From: an uncultured Gemmatimonadales bacterium | Lineage (GTDB): Bacteria > Gemmatimonadota > Gemmatimonadetes > Longimicrobiales > RSA9 | Direction: 5' to 3' | NCBI GenBank assembly: GCA_963708135.1 | Contig: OY970192.1 | Location: forward strand, 1,984,001-2,048,000 | DNA: 64,000 nucleotides | Shown here: positions 38,447 through 49,127 of the stretch, in pieces | How positions within the stretch are numbered: position 1 is the stretch's first letter | How the letters are laid out: every line of letters begins with the position of its first letter | Position numbers and translations under genes: made by a program | The notes under the pieces: generated by a model | What the model saw: only the letters and a program-made list of their open reading frames with translations | What the model was told of the DNA's origin: nothing | Databases searched by the model: none

Positions 38447-39802
38447 TCAAGCGTGGATCGTGCCCGCCGTGCCCGTCGCGCGCGCCAGATTGACGCGCGC
38501 CACCGCCGTGGTGAAGCGTGCGTCGATCTCCGCATCGCGGGCGCGGTTCAGGGTAGCCTGCGCGTCGATCACCTCGAAGTTGCCCGCCACGCCGCTGCGG
38601 AAGCGCTCCCGCGCCAGCTCCAGCTCCTGCTCGGCCAGGTCGAGGCGCTGCGCCGCGATCTTCTCCTGCTCGAGCCCGGACCCCAGATCCAGCAGCGCCG
38701 CGTTCACGTCCGTCTCGATCTGCTGCCTCAGGTCCCGCTCCCGCACCTCCGCCTCCCGGATCGCCGCATCCTGCTCGGCCAGCCGCGCCTCGCGGCCGAA
38801 GCCGTCCAGGAGCGGAAGGGACACCTCGAGCGCCAGCTGCCCCGTCGCGATCGTGTTGTTCGGGCGCGGGCCGTTCGTGCCGTAGTCGGCCTCGAGATCC
38901 AGCCGCGGCAGCCGCTCCATCGAGATCGCCCGCCGGGCCCGCTCCGCTACCGTTCGCCGCGCCTCCTGCGCCTGCAGGTCGGGCCGCCGCGAGAGCGCCA
39001 GCGAGAGCGCCGCTGCCGTATCCGTCGGCGCGTCCGACAGCCCGGCCGTCATCGTCAGGCTGTCGCTCAGGACGAAGCGCGTCGAGGGCGACACGCCGAG
39101 CGAGCGCGCCAGCTCCATCTGCGCCTGCTCGGCCTGGTTGCGTGCCACCACCACCTGCCCCTGCGCGGCCAGCAGCTGCGTCTTCGCGCGAGTGACGTCG
39201 ATCGCCGTCCCGACCCCCGCCGTCAGCTGGTCCTGCGCGAGCTGCAGGAGCTCCTGCGACAGCCGGGCGTCCGCCTCGCGCGCCGCCAGCAGCGAGCGCG
39301 CCCGCGCCGCCTTCAGGTACGCCACCGCCGAGCGCTGCGCCGCGTCCTGCACCGCCACGTCCGCGACCGCCTCGCTCCCCGTCACCGCTGCCGACGCCGA
39401 CCGCATCCGGAACAGGCTCGGCACGTCGAAGAGCGTCTGCCGCACCCGCATCCGGGCGTCATACGTGTCGAACGGGCCGATCAGGTCCGGGATCGGCGGC
39501 TCGCCCGGGACGGCCGGAAACGCGATCCCGAACGAGTTCTTGTTCATCGTCTTGTTCACCCACCCGCCCTCGGCGCTGAGCGACGGAAGCAGCCGCGCGC
39601 GGGCCTCGTGAAGCCGTCCCGTCGCCTGCTCGACGCCAAGGCCCGCGAGCTCGACCGACGGCGCCCGCGACATCGCCCGCCCAACCGCCTCCGCAAGCGA
39701 CAGCCGCACCGGCCCGCCCGACTCCGCCGCCTGCTGCGCCCCCGCACCCCGGGCCGGCACCGCCAGCGCGGCGACCACCACCAGCCAGCCTGACTTACCC
39801 AT
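38447..39802 (-). CDS. TolC-family protein
   Basis: Signal peptide, LSLAEAV, RRPDL, LPRLDL, ERFRSGV. Confidence 0.92.
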   Translation of the reverse strand: MGKSGWLVVVAALAVPARGAGAQQAAESGGPVRLSLAEAVGRAMSRAPSVELAGLGVEQATGRLHEARARLLPSLSAEGGWVNKTMNKNSFGIAFPAVPGEPPIPDLIGPFDTYDARMRVRQTLFDVPSLFRMRSASAAVTGSEAVADVAVQDAAQRSAVAYLKAARARSLLAAREADARLSQELLQLAQDQLTAGVGTAIDVTRAKTQLLAAQGQVVVARNQAEQAQMELARSLGVSPSTRFVLSDSLTMTAGLSDAPTDTAAALSLALSRRPDLQAQEARRTVAERARRAISMERLPRLDLEADYGTNGPRPNNTIATGQLALEVSLPLLDGFGREARLAEQDAAIREAEVRERDLRQQIETDVNAALLDLGSGLEQEKIAAQRLDLAEQELELARERFRSGVAGNFEVIDAQATLNRARDAEIDARFTTAVARVNLARATGTAGTIHA

Positions 39803-40469
39803 TCGCCTCGTCCCCTCCGGGACCCGTCGCGAGGCCCCTCAGGAATATCTCAATGTGCAGCGCGAGGAACGCCCGCGCGTCGAAGCCGCTCGGATCGTAC
39901 GGGCCCAGCGAATGCTCGTAGACCAGCGCCCACACCATCGGCGCGAGCGCCACCCGCACCGCGTCCGCGGCGTCCACCTGCCGGAACTCACCACTCGACA
40001 TCCCGCGTTCCAGCACCCCCTGGAAGAGCCGGCGCGCCCGCACCAGCACCTCCTCCACGTAGTAGCGGGCCACCCCCGGAAAATTGGCCGCCTCCGCCGA
40101 CATGAGCTTCGCCAGCCCGCACGACGGCGGCATCGACGCCCGCTCCCACCACTCCAGCATCAGCTGCCGGAACAGGTCCGCCGCGCTCCCCGTGTGCTCC
40201 GCCACCCGCCGCTCCCCAGCCTCCAGCCGCGGCAGGACCGACTCCTCCACCATCGCCCGGAACAACTCTTCCTTGCTCTTGAAGTACAGGTACAGCGTGC
40301 CCTTCGTTACCCCTGCCGCAGCCGCGATCTCCTCCATCCGCGTGGCCGCGTAGCCGCGCTCCACGAACAGCCGCGACGCCGCCGCCAGGATCTCCCCCGG
40401 GCGCGCCTCGCTGCGCCGCTGCCAGCGCGTCGTCTGCTCTCCGGCCGTACCCGCCGCCGCGTTTGCCAT
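39795..40469 (-). CDS. TetR/AcrR-family regulator
   Basis: LFVERGYAATRMEEIAAAAGVTKGTLYLYFKSKEELF. Confidence 0.95.
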   Translation of the reverse strand: MANAAAGTAGEQTTRWQRRSEARPGEILAAASRLFVERGYAATRMEEIAAAAGVTKGTLYLYFKSKEELFRAMVEESVLPRLEAGERRVAEHTGSAADLFRQLMLEWWERASMPPSCGLAKLMSAEAANFPGVARYYVEEVLVRARRLFQGVLERGMSSGEFRQVDAADAVRVALAPMVWALVYEHSLGPYDPSGFDARAFLALHIEIFLRGLATGPGGDEANG

Positions 40470-40481
40470 GGGCCTCCTTAC

Positions 40482-40527
40482 TAACTGACCAGTCAGTTAT
40501 TTTAGCCGGCGGCGGGAGGCGTGTCAA
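40482..40527 (-). promoter_or_regulatory. Sigma70 promoter with overlapping TetR operator
   Basis: Minus strand TTGACA-N17-TAAAAT; palindrome TAACTGAC-CA-GTCAGTTA at 40482-40499. Confidence 0.88.
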
Positions 40528-40671
40528 GATGGCGCGCCGCGGGCGGGGACGGAGTGGGCGGAGCCGCCCAGCGGCGCCTTGCGACGGTGGGTGCGGCGGC
40601 CTAAGATCGGGCCGAACTCCGTGCCGCTGCGCCACATCGGCCGGTCCCCGGATCAGACCTGGAGGAAGCGT

Positions 40672-41697
40672 ATGGCGATCGTACCGACGCGGGCGGCTCC
40701 CACGACGCGACGGATCCTGGTGGTGGACGACGAGGCGCGGATCCGGCGGGTCGTCGCGGGACATCTGGCGCGTCGGGGCTTCGAGGTGCTCGAGGCGGGA
40801 AATGCGGCGGAGGCGCTTGTGGCGGCGCAGCGTCCGGCGCAGCCGGTGGACCTGGTGGTGACGGATGTGCACATGCCGGGGATCTCGGGGCTGGAGCTCG
40901 CGCGGCTGCTGCTGTCGCGGGCGCCGCTCAAGCCGGTGGTGGTGATGACGGGTGACGGGGACGAGAAGTTGGCGCGGCGGGTGCTCTCGCAGGGGGCGTC
41001 GGGCTATCTGCTGAAGCCGTTCGAGCTGTTCGAGCTGGACGCGGTGGTGGACCAGGTGCTCTCGCAGCTGTCGCTCGTGGAGGCCACGGAGGACGTGGCG
41101 CGGCGGGAGGCGTCGCGGGCCGGGGCGGACGCGGAGATCGCGGTGCCGCCGGCGTGGCTGCGGGTGGCGGACCAGTACTCCGGCGCGGGGTTGGGGCACG
41201 GCCACCGCGTGGCGCGGATCGCGACGGCGCTGGCGCTGGCGCTGCCGGAGCCCCCGGCCCCGGCCGTGCTGCGGGTCCTGGAGATGGCGGGGCGGGTTCA
41301 CGAGCTGTCGCGGATCGTCAGCTCCGGGGCGGCGGCGGAGGGGCTGTCGGCGCGGACGGCGCAGATCCTCGCGGACCTCGGGCTGGATGCGGAGCTGGTG
41401 GCCGCGGTGCGCCACATGGACGAGCACTGGGACGGCAGCGGTGGCCCGCACGGGCTTGCGGGGAATGCGATCCCGGTGGCGTCGCGGATTCTGGCGGTAG
41501 CGGAGGCCACGGACCGGCAGGCGATGCTCCAGATGGAGCTGGGGCTCTCGCCGGCGGAGGCGGTGGACGCGGCGGTCCAGCACGCCGCAATGCAGTCCGG
41601 CGCGCTGTTCGACCCGGCCGTGTCGAGGGCGCTGGCGGAGGCGAGGGAGACGATCGTCGCCATCTGGAGCCTTCTGGCGGCCTACCTGGAGGACTGA
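40672..41697 (+). CDS. Response regulator with degenerate HD-GYP output domain
   Basis: ILVVDDE, TDVHMPG, LKPF; HELSR and EHWDGSGGP in place of HD and GYP. Confidence 0.85.
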   Translation: MAIVPTRAAPTTRRILVVDDEARIRRVVAGHLARRGFEVLEAGNAAEALVAAQRPAQPVDLVVTDVHMPGISGLELARLLLSRAPLKPVVVMTGDGDEKLARRVLSQGASGYLLKPFELFELDAVVDQVLSQLSLVEATEDVARREASRAGADAEIAVPPAWLRVADQYSGAGLGHGHRVARIATALALALPEPPAPAVLRVLEMAGRVHELSRIVSSGAAAEGLSARTAQILADLGLDAELVAAVRHMDEHWDGSGGPHGLAGNAIPVASRILAVAEATDRQAMLQMELGLSPAEAVDAAVQHAAMQSGALFDPAVSRALAEARETIVAIWSLLAAYLED

Positions 41698-41797
41698 GCG
41701 GCGGCGCGACGCCGGGGGCCCGACGTTTTCGTCGGCCGGCCCGACGATCGTTCCAGTCGAGTTGACACGCCCACACGCGCGCGTAGGTTACCGCGCC

Positions 41798-42640
41798 GTG
41801 GCGGATCCCCCTGAAAGGCGGTTCCGGCTGACGCTGCACTACGACGGCTCCGCCTTCTTCGGCTGGCAGGTGCAGCCGGAGCTGCGGACGGTGCAGTCGG
41901 AGCTGGAGGCGGTACTCGGCCGGTTGGCCGCGCGTCCGACGGCCGTGGTGGCGGCCGGGAGGACGGATCGCGGTGTGCACGCGACGGGCCAGGTGACCTC
42001 CGCGCTCATGCCGGGCCGTTGGCGCGCGGAGGAGCTGCGGCGCGCGCTGAACGCCCTCCTCCCGGCGGACATGTGGGTAGCCTCGGCGGACGAGGTGGCG
42101 CCGGAGTTCCACGCCCGCTACGACGCGGTGGCGCGGGGCTACACCTACCGCGTCGGCACGGCGGCCGCAGCCGCGTCTCCGTTCGTGCGGCGCTGGTGCT
42201 GGCCACTGGGCGAGGCGCTGGACGCGGGGGTTCTGACGGAGGCGGCGGGTGCGCTGGTCGGGTCGCACTCGTTCCGCTCCTTCGCGAAATCCGGGCAGCC
42301 GGAGCGGGGCGAGCGCTGCACCGTGGTCATGGCGGAGTGGCGACCGTGGCCTGGGCTGGGGCATGCGTTCCACGTCGTGGCGAACCGATTCCTGCACCAC
42401 ATGGTAAGGTATCTGGTGGGCACGGCGGTGGATGCTGCGCGCGGGCGCCGTCCGGTTGCGGACGTCCGGGGGCTGCTCGCCGGCGGGCCGGGTCTGGAGA
42501 CCTCGCCGCCGGCGCCGCCCGGGGGACTTTTCCTGACGCGGGTGTATTACGACAGAGGCGAACTCGAGGCGGGAGCGGGCACGAGCAATGAAGATCTTCC
42601 TGGACTCTTCGGACCTGACGGAGATCCGACGCGCCGTTGA
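41798..42640 (+). CDS. truA: tRNA pseudouridine(38-40) synthase
   Basis: [32 protein letters not shown]. Confidence 0.95.
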   Translation: MADPPERRFRLTLHYDGSAFFGWQVQPELRTVQSELEAVLGRLAARPTAVVAAGRTDRGVHATGQVTSALMPGRWRAEELRRALNALLPADMWVASADEVAPEFHARYDAVARGYTYRVGTAAAAASPFVRRWCWPLGEALDAGVLTEAAGALVGSHSFRSFAKSGQPERGERCTVVMAEWRPWPGLGHAFHVVANRFLHHMVRYLVGTAVDAARGRRPVADVRGLLAGGPGLETSPPAPPGGLFLTRVYYDRGELEAGAGTSNEDLPGLFGPDGDPTRR

Positions 42641-43256
42641 CGCGGGCATGATCGACGGCATCACGACGAACCCCTCGCTGCTCTCGAAGGCGGCGGGCGC
42701 GGAAGGCGATCCGCGCGAGATCCTGTCCGAGATCTGCCGCACGGTCGGCGGGCCGGTGAGCGCCGAGGTGGTGGCGACGGAGACGGAGACGATGCTGCGG
42801 GAGGGCCGCGAGCTGGCGAAGATCGCGGACAACATCGTGGTGAAGGTGCCGCTCACGGAGGCCGGGCTGCGCGCCTGCCGCGGCTTCCGGGCGGAGGACA
42901 TCAACGTGAACGTGACGCTCTGCTTCTCGCCGACGCAGGCGCTGTTCGCGGCCAAGGCGGGCGCCACCTACATCTCGCCGTTCGTGGGCCGGCTGGACGA
43001 CGTTTCCTCCGACGGCATGGCGCTGATCGAGCAGATCGTCCAGATCTACGAGAACTACTCGTTCTCCACGCAGGTTCTGGTGGCCTCGGTGCGGCATCCG
43101 CAGCACGTGGTCCAGGCCGCGCTCCTCGGGGCGGATGTGGCCACGATCCCCGGCAAGGTGCTCTTCCGGCTCCTCGACCATCCGCTCACCGACAGGGGGC
43201 TCGAAGGGTTCCTGGCCGACTGGGAGAAGCTGCCGAAGGAGAGGCAGGGACTCTAG
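42588..43256 (+). CDS. fsa: Transaldolase / fructose-6-phosphate aldolase
   Basis: [31 protein letters not shown]. Confidence 0.93.
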   Translation: MKIFLDSSDLTEIRRAVDAGMIDGITTNPSLLSKAAGAEGDPREILSEICRTVGGPVSAEVVATETETMLREGRELAKIADNIVVKVPLTEAGLRACRGFRAEDINVNVTLCFSPTQALFAAKAGATYISPFVGRLDDVSSDGMALIEQIVQIYENYSFSTQVLVASVRHPQHVVQAALLGADVATIPGKVLFRLLDHPLTDRGLEGFLADWEKLPKERQGL

Positions 43257-44732
43257 GTGCGCGGCGGCAACCTCTTCCTGGTCATGCTCGTGACGGGCGG
43301 CCTGGGGGCCGCGGCCGTCGTGGGCGGCCGGCAGCTGCCCCGCCGAGCGGACGCCGTGGCCGGGGACGGCGGCGCGGCGGGCGCGACCACCCGGGCGCCG
43401 CCACCGCCCCCCGCCTTCGGCAGCCTGGACCAGGCCGGCCAGACGGTGGAGACGACCCGTCGCACGGCGATCGTCGAGGCGGCGCGGCGCGTGGCGCCCT
43501 CCGTGGTCAGCGTCAACATCACGAAGCACGAGGCGGTGCAGCCGCACAGCTTCTTCGAGAGCTTCTTCGTGCCGCCCGGCGCGGAGCAGGAGGTGCAGGG
43601 GCTGGGCTCGGGGTTCGTGATCCGCAGCGACGGGCTGATCCTGACCAACGAGCACGTCGTGCGGGGCGCGGAGGAGGTCGTGGTCACGCTGCCGGACGGG
43701 CGGCAGTTCAAGGGCGACGTGGTGGGAGTCGACGACGCCACGGACCTCGCGCTGGTCCGGATCCATCCGGGCTCCTCCCTGCCGGTGGCGCCGCTCGGCA
43801 ACTCCGACAGCCTCATGATCGGCGAGTGGGTGGTGGCGATCGGGAACCCGTTCGGCTACCTGCTCTCCAACACGGAGCCGACCGTGACCGCCGGGGTCGT
43901 GAGCGGCGTCGGCCGCAACATCATCGGCAGCGGCCAGGACCGCGGCTACTACCTCGACATGATCCAGACGGATGCGGCCATCAATCCCGGCAACTCGGGC
44001 GGGCCGCTCACGAACGCGCTCGGGCAGGTGGTCGGCATCAACTCGTCGATCCTCTCGCAGAGCGGCGGCAACGAGGGGCTCGGCTTCGCGATCCCGATCG
44101 ACCGCGCCCGCCGCATCATGGCGGATCTGCTGGCGTACGGGCACGTGCGGCGCGCGTGGGTCGGGCTGGAGGTGGCGCCGGCCCGCCAGACGCCGGAGTG
44201 GGGGAAGCCGCGCGAGGTGCGCATCTCCCACGTCGCGCGCTCCTCGCCCGCGGCCGAGGCCGGGCTCCAGGCCGGCGATGTGGTGCTGCGCGTGGGCGGG
44301 CACCCGGTGCGCACCCCGCTCGACTGGGAGGCGCGCGTATTGGACGCGCGCGTGGACCAGCCGCTGCCGCTGACCGTCTCGGGCGACGGCGGCGTGCGGA
44401 CGGTCCGGCTGGTGCCGCGCGACCTCCCGTCCATGACGGCGGAGCGCGTGAAGGCGCTGTCGGACTTCGAGCTGGTCACGCTCACACCCAGCATCCAGGC
44501 CGAGCGCGGGCTCCAGAGCGACCACGGCGCGCTGATCGTCTCGCTCTCCGACGAGGCGCGGCAGATCGGGCTGCAGGCGGGCGACCTGATCGTGGAGATC
44601 AACCGCTACCCGGTCCGCAGCGCAGAGGACGCCGCGGGGCTCCTCAAGCGGCTCGCCGGGCGCGGCACGATCCGCATGGTGGTCGAGCGGAACGGACAGT
44701 ATGCGTCCGTGTCCTTCTACGCGGGCGGCTGA
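43257..44732 (+). CDS. HtrA/DegP serine protease with PDZ domains
   Basis: GSGF, TNEHV, DLAL, QTDAAINPGNSGGPL. Confidence 0.95.
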   Translation: MRGGNLFLVMLVTGGLGAAAVVGGRQLPRRADAVAGDGGAAGATTRAPPPPPAFGSLDQAGQTVETTRRTAIVEAARRVAPSVVSVNITKHEAVQPHSFFESFFVPPGAEQEVQGLGSGFVIRSDGLILTNEHVVRGAEEVVVTLPDGRQFKGDVVGVDDATDLALVRIHPGSSLPVAPLGNSDSLMIGEWVVAIGNPFGYLLSNTEPTVTAGVVSGVGRNIIGSGQDRGYYLDMIQTDAAINPGNSGGPLTNALGQVVGINSSILSQSGGNEGLGFAIPIDRARRIMADLLAYGHVRRAWVGLEVAPARQTPEWGKPREVRISHVARSSPAAEAGLQAGDVVLRVGGHPVRTPLDWEARVLDARVDQPLPLTVSGDGGVRTVRLVPRDLPSMTAERVKALSDFELVTLTPSIQAERGLQSDHGALIVSLSDEARQIGLQAGDLIVEINRYPVRSAEDAAGLLKRLAGRGTIRMVVERNGQYASVSFYAGG

Positions 44733-44735
44733 GGG

Positions 44736-46190
44736 ATGTCCGAGCCGAGCGGCCCCGCGCTACCCACCCGCTATCAAAACCCGCTGGTCGAGCGCTACGC
44801 GTCCGAGGAGATGAGCCGGATCTTCTCCCCGGCCTTCAAGTTCCCGATGTGGCGTCGGCTCTGGCTGGCGCTCGCGGAGTCGGAGCGCGAGCTGGGGATC
44901 GACATTCCGGACGCCGCCATCGAGGACATCCGCGCTCATCTCGATGACATCGACCTCGCGCGGGCGGCGGAGCTCGAGCGACGCTTCCGCCACGACGTGA
45001 TGGCGCACGTCCACCTGCTGGGCGAGGCGGCGCCGGCGGCCCGTGGCGTGATCCACCTCGGCGCGACGAGCGCCTTCGTCACCGACAACGCCGAGCTGCT
45101 CCAGCACCGCGAGGCGCTCCGGCTGGTGGCGGCGCGCCTCGTCGCCTGCATCCGGGCGCTGGCGGACTTCGCGCGCGCCTGGCGCGACCTGCCCACCCTC
45201 GGCTACACGCACTTCCAGCCGGCGCAGCCCACGACCGTGGGCAAGCGGGCCACCCTATGGATCCAGGACCTGCTGCTGGACCTCGAGGAGGTGGAGCACC
45301 GGCTCGCGTCCATGCGCTTCCGCGGCGTGCGCGGCACGACCGGGACGGAGGCGTCCTTCCTCGAGCTCTTCGACGGCGACCACGCGAAGGTGCGGGAGCT
45401 GGGACGCCGCGTCGCCGCGAAGATGGGCATGGAGCGCCTGTACGCCGTGACCGGACAGACGTATCCGCGCAAGGCGGACTACGCGTTCCTGTCCACGCTG
45501 GCCGGCATCGCCGCCTCCGCGTCGAAGTTCGCCCACGACCTGCGCCTGCTCGCCCACCTGCGCGAGGTCGAGGAGCCGTTCGAGGCGGAGCAGATCGGCT
45601 CGTCGGCCATGGCGTACAAGCGCAACCCGATGCGGGCGGAGCGGATCACCGCGCTCGCGCGCCACGTCATGACGCTCTCGCTCGACCCGGCCTTCACCGC
45701 GGCCACGCAGTGGCTGGAACGGACCCTGGACGACTCGGCAAACCGGAGGATCGCGGTGCCGGAGGCCTACCTGGCCACGGACGCCGCGCTGCTGATCGTG
45801 CACAACGTGGCCGGCGGCCTGATCGTGCGGCCGGCGGTGGTGCGGCGGCACCTGGAGGAGGAGCTGCCGTTCATGGCCACGGAGGCGATCCTCATGCGGG
45901 CGGTTTCGCGGGGTGGCGATCGCCAGGCGCTGCACGAGCGGATCCGGCGGCACTCGCTGGCGGCGGCGGACCGGCTGAAGGAGGGCGGGACGAACGACCT
46001 GGTGGCGCGCATCTCGGGGGATCCAGGCTTCGCCCTGAGCGGCGAGGAGCTCGCGGCTGCGCTGGACCCCTCGCGCCATGTCGGGCGGGCGCCGCAGCAG
46101 GTGGACGCGTTTCTCGAGGAGGCCGTCGAGCCGGCGCTCCGGCGCTGGAGCGAGGTGGCCCGGAGTGGACCCCCGGAGCTGAGGGCCTGA
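44736..46190 (+). CDS. purB: Adenylosuccinate lyase
   Basis: [25 protein letters not shown]. Confidence 0.96.
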   Translation: MSEPSGPALPTRYQNPLVERYASEEMSRIFSPAFKFPMWRRLWLALAESERELGIDIPDAAIEDIRAHLDDIDLARAAELERRFRHDVMAHVHLLGEAAPAARGVIHLGATSAFVTDNAELLQHREALRLVAARLVACIRALADFARAWRDLPTLGYTHFQPAQPTTVGKRATLWIQDLLLDLEEVEHRLASMRFRGVRGTTGTEASFLELFDGDHAKVRELGRRVAAKMGMERLYAVTGQTYPRKADYAFLSTLAGIAASASKFAHDLRLLAHLREVEEPFEAEQIGSSAMAYKRNPMRAERITALARHVMTLSLDPAFTAATQWLERTLDDSANRRIAVPEAYLATDAALLIVHNVAGGLIVRPAVVRRHLEEELPFMATEAILMRAVSRGGDRQALHERIRRHSLAAADRLKEGGTNDLVARISGDPGFALSGEELAAALDPSRHVGRAPQQVDAFLEEAVEPALRRWSEVARSGPPELRA

Positions 46191-46193
46191 CGG

Positions 46194-47147
46194 ATGAGTG
46201 GAACCCCGATCGCGCGCACTTCCCTGCCCTTCCCGCTGGTCGCGCGTGGGAAGGTGCGCGACGTCTACGAGGTAGGCGCGGACCGGTTGCTCATCGTCGC
46301 GACGGACCGGATCAGCGCCTTCGACGTGGTGCTCCCGCAGCCGATTCCGTTCAAGGGGCAGGTGCTGACGCAGGTCACGGCGTGGTGGCTCTCGCGCATG
46401 GCCGATCTGAGCCCGCACCACCTGATCGCGCTCGAGCCGGAGGAGATCGTGTCCGCGGTCCCGCGCCTCGACGAGCACCGCGCGGAGTGGGAAGGGCGGG
46501 CGATGCTGGTTCGGCGGACCCGACCCTTCCCCGTGGAGTGCGTCGTCCGCGGCTACCTTTCGGGCTCGGCGTGGAAGGAGTACCGGCAGGCCGCCACGCT
46601 CGCCGGCGAGCCGATGCCCGCGGGGCTGGTGGAGAGCGCACGGCTGGAGGCCCCGATCTTCTCGCCCGCGACGAAGGCGGAGAGCGGGCACGACCAGAAC
46701 ATCACCTTCGGCGACGTGAGCGCCCGCCTGGGCGCCGAGATCGCCGAGGAGCTCCGGCGCCGGAGCCTCGCCCTCTACGCACGCGGCCGGGACATCGCCG
46801 AGGAGGCAGGCGTCATCATCGCCGACACGAAGTTCGAGTTCGGCCAGCTCCCCGATGGCCGGATCCTCCTGATCGACGAGGTGCTGACGCCGGACTCCTC
46901 CCGCTTCTGGCCGAGGGAGAGCTACTCGCCCGGACGCGGGCAGCCCTCGCTCGACAAGCAGCCGGTGCGCGACTTCCTGGAAGGGCTCGTCCGGGAGGGG
47001 CGCTGGAACCGCGAGCCGCCGGCGCCGGACCTGCCCGGCGCCGTGGTGCAGGCGACGACGGCGCGCTACCTCACCCTCTACCGCCGCCTCACGGGCCGGG
47101 AGCTGCCCGGCGCCCCCGCGGCGGCGGCCGTGCCGGGGGGTCCATGA
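46194..47147 (+). CDS. purC: SAICAR synthetase
   Basis: GKVRDVY, TDRISAFD, ADTKFEFG, DEVLTPDSSRFW. Confidence 0.97.
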   Translation: MSGTPIARTSLPFPLVARGKVRDVYEVGADRLLIVATDRISAFDVVLPQPIPFKGQVLTQVTAWWLSRMADLSPHHLIALEPEEIVSAVPRLDEHRAEWEGRAMLVRRTRPFPVECVVRGYLSGSAWKEYRQAATLAGEPMPAGLVESARLEAPIFSPATKAESGHDQNITFGDVSARLGAEIAEELRRRSLALYARGRDIAEEAGVIIADTKFEFGQLPDGRILLIDEVLTPDSSRFWPRESYSPGRGQPSLDKQPVRDFLEGLVREGRWNREPPAPDLPGAVVQATTARYLTLYRRLTGRELPGAPAAAAVPGGP

Positions 47148-48064
47148 ACACCCGCCTGCAGCGGGGCGTCATCATCATCCCGAACGCCTTCACGCTCGGG
47201 AATCTCTTCTTCGGCATCTGGGCGATCGTGGCCGCCTCGCGCGGGCAGTTCGAGCAGGCCGCGTGGCTGATCGTGATCGCGGGCGCCGCGGATACCATGG
47301 ACGGCCGCGTGGCCCGGGTCACCAAGACCGGCAGCAAGTTCGGCGAGGAGCTCGACTCGCTCGTGGACGCGGTGAGCTTCGGCGTGGCGCCCGGCTTCAT
47401 CATGTACCACCTGTTCCTGAAGGACGAGCGGTTCGCCTGGATCGCCGTCTTCTTCTACGTGACCGGGGCGGTGGTCCGGCTGGCCCGCTTCAACGTCGAG
47501 CAGGCGGGGCACGCCAAGGTGTCCTTCCACGGGCTGCCGTCGCCGTCGGCCGGGATGACGCTGGCCACCTTCTATCCGTTCAGTCAGACCGCCTTCTTCC
47601 AGGAGCACCTGGCCGCCTTCCCGTGGCCGGTGATCATGACCGGCATGATGGTCGTCATCGCCGTCCTGATGATGAGCCACCTGCTCTACCCGGTGGTGCC
47701 CAAGTTCGGCTTCCACAGCGTGCGCGGCGTCGTCACGCTGGCGTTCATGCTGGCCTTCATCTTCGCGGCCTTCACGATCCCCAGCCTGCTCTTCTTCCCG
47801 GCGCTGGTCCTCTACATCGCCTACGGCGTGGTGAAGGCGCTGGTGCTCGGCTTCCTCGACCGCCTGCCGGACGAGGATCTGCTGCTGGACGAGGAGCCCG
47901 ACGAGGCGGGCGCCGAGCTGCGCGAGATCGACTACACCGAGCTGAACGCCAGCCCGCCCGTCCGGCTGCGGCGCGAGGCGCGGCCGGGCCCCGGCGGAGC
48001 GGCCGGCGCGGGCCGGCGCGGGCCCTCTAACCACCCGTGCGGCGACGGGGAGGAGAACGAGTGA
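47144..48064 (+). CDS. pssA: CDP-diacylglycerol--serine O-phosphatidyltransferase
   Basis: [17 protein letters not shown]...[15 protein letters not shown]. Confidence 0.9.
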   Translation: MNTRLQRGVIIIPNAFTLGNLFFGIWAIVAASRGQFEQAAWLIVIAGAADTMDGRVARVTKTGSKFGEELDSLVDAVSFGVAPGFIMYHLFLKDERFAWIAVFFYVTGAVVRLARFNVEQAGHAKVSFHGLPSPSAGMTLATFYPFSQTAFFQEHLAAFPWPVIMTGMMVVIAVLMMSHLLYPVVPKFGFHSVRGVVTLAFMLAFIFAAFTIPSLLFFPALVLYIAYGVVKALVLGFLDRLPDEDLLLDEEPDEAGAELREIDYTELNASPPVRLRREARPGPGGAAGAGRRGPSNHPCGDGEENE

Positions 48065-48321
48065 ACGAGTACCGCGCCGAGGTGCGCGTCACCCCCCGCC
48101 AGGGGCTGCTCGATCCGCAGGGGCACGCGATCGAAGGGGCCCTGCGCTCGCTGGAGTTCACCGAGGTCGAGGCCGTCCGCGTGGGCCGCCTCATCCGGCT
48201 GCGGCTCCGCGCCGCCGGGGCGGCCGCCGCCGAGGCTCGCGTGGACGAGATGTGCCGGCAGCTCCTGGCCAACCCCGTGACCGAAGACTACGACATCCGG
48301 ATCGAGGCGGAGGCGTCGTGA
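48061..48321 (+). CDS. purS: FGAM synthase subunit PurS
   Basis: [19 protein letters not shown]. Confidence 0.95.
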   Translation: MNEYRAEVRVTPRQGLLDPQGHAIEGALRSLEFTEVEAVRVGRLIRLRLRAAGAAAAEARVDEMCRQLLANPVTEDYDIRIEAEAS

Positions 48322-49127
48322 TGCGCGTCGCCGTGGTGACGTTTCCCGGCTCCAACTGCGATTACGACAGCTACCGCGCCGCCCGCGACGTGCTGGGCGC
48401 GGATGTCTGCTACGTCTGGCATCGCGACCACGACCTGCGCGACCCCGACCTGGTCATCCTCCCCGGCGGCTTCAGCTACGGCGATTACCTGCGCGCCGGC
48501 GCCATTGCCCGCTTCAGCCCCGTCATGCGCGAGGTGACCGCCTTCGCTCGCGCCGGCGGCCCCGTGCTGGCCATCTGCAACGGGTTCCAGATTGCCTGCG
48601 AGGCCGGCCTCCTGCCGGGCGCCCTCGTGCGCAACGCATCGCTCCAGTTCCGCGGCGAGACGGTGCGGATCCGCGTCGAGACCACCGGGACCGCGTTCAC
48701 CTCGGGCTACCGTCCGGGGCAGGTGCTGCGCGTCCCGATCGCCCACGGCGAGGGGAACTACGTGGCAGATGAAGCCACGCTGGACGCGCTCGAGGCGGAG
48801 GGCCGCGTCGTCTTCCGCTACGTGGACGAGGCCGGCGCGCCGACCGCCGCCGCCAACCCGAACGGCGCCGCCCGCAACATCGCGGGCATCGTGAGCGCGG
48901 AGGGGAACGTGCTCGGGCTCATGCCACACCCGGAGCGGGCGTGCGAGGCGCTGCTCGGCTCCACGGACGGCCGCGGCATCTTCGAGTCGATCGGCGCCGC
49001 GCTGGCGGACCGGACCGCCGGGCGCACGCCAGGGTCGCGGGAGGCGCCCGGAAGCACGCGCGGGGCGGCCAGCGCGCACCCGCTCGGCGACCGGAACGCA
49101 CGCGAGCAGGGGAGCGGAATCCGATGA
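48321..49127 (+). CDS. purQ: FGAM synthase glutaminase subunit
   Basis: [29 protein letters not shown]. Confidence 0.97.
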   Translation: MRVAVVTFPGSNCDYDSYRAARDVLGADVCYVWHRDHDLRDPDLVILPGGFSYGDYLRAGAIARFSPVMREVTAFARAGGPVLAICNGFQIACEAGLLPGALVRNASLQFRGETVRIRVETTGTAFTSGYRPGQVLRVPIAHGEGNYVADEATLDALEAEGRVVFRYVDEAGAPTAAANPNGAARNIAGIVSAEGNVLGLMPHPERACEALLGSTDGRGIFESIGAALADRTAGRTPGSREAPGSTRGAASAHPLGDRNAREQGSGIR

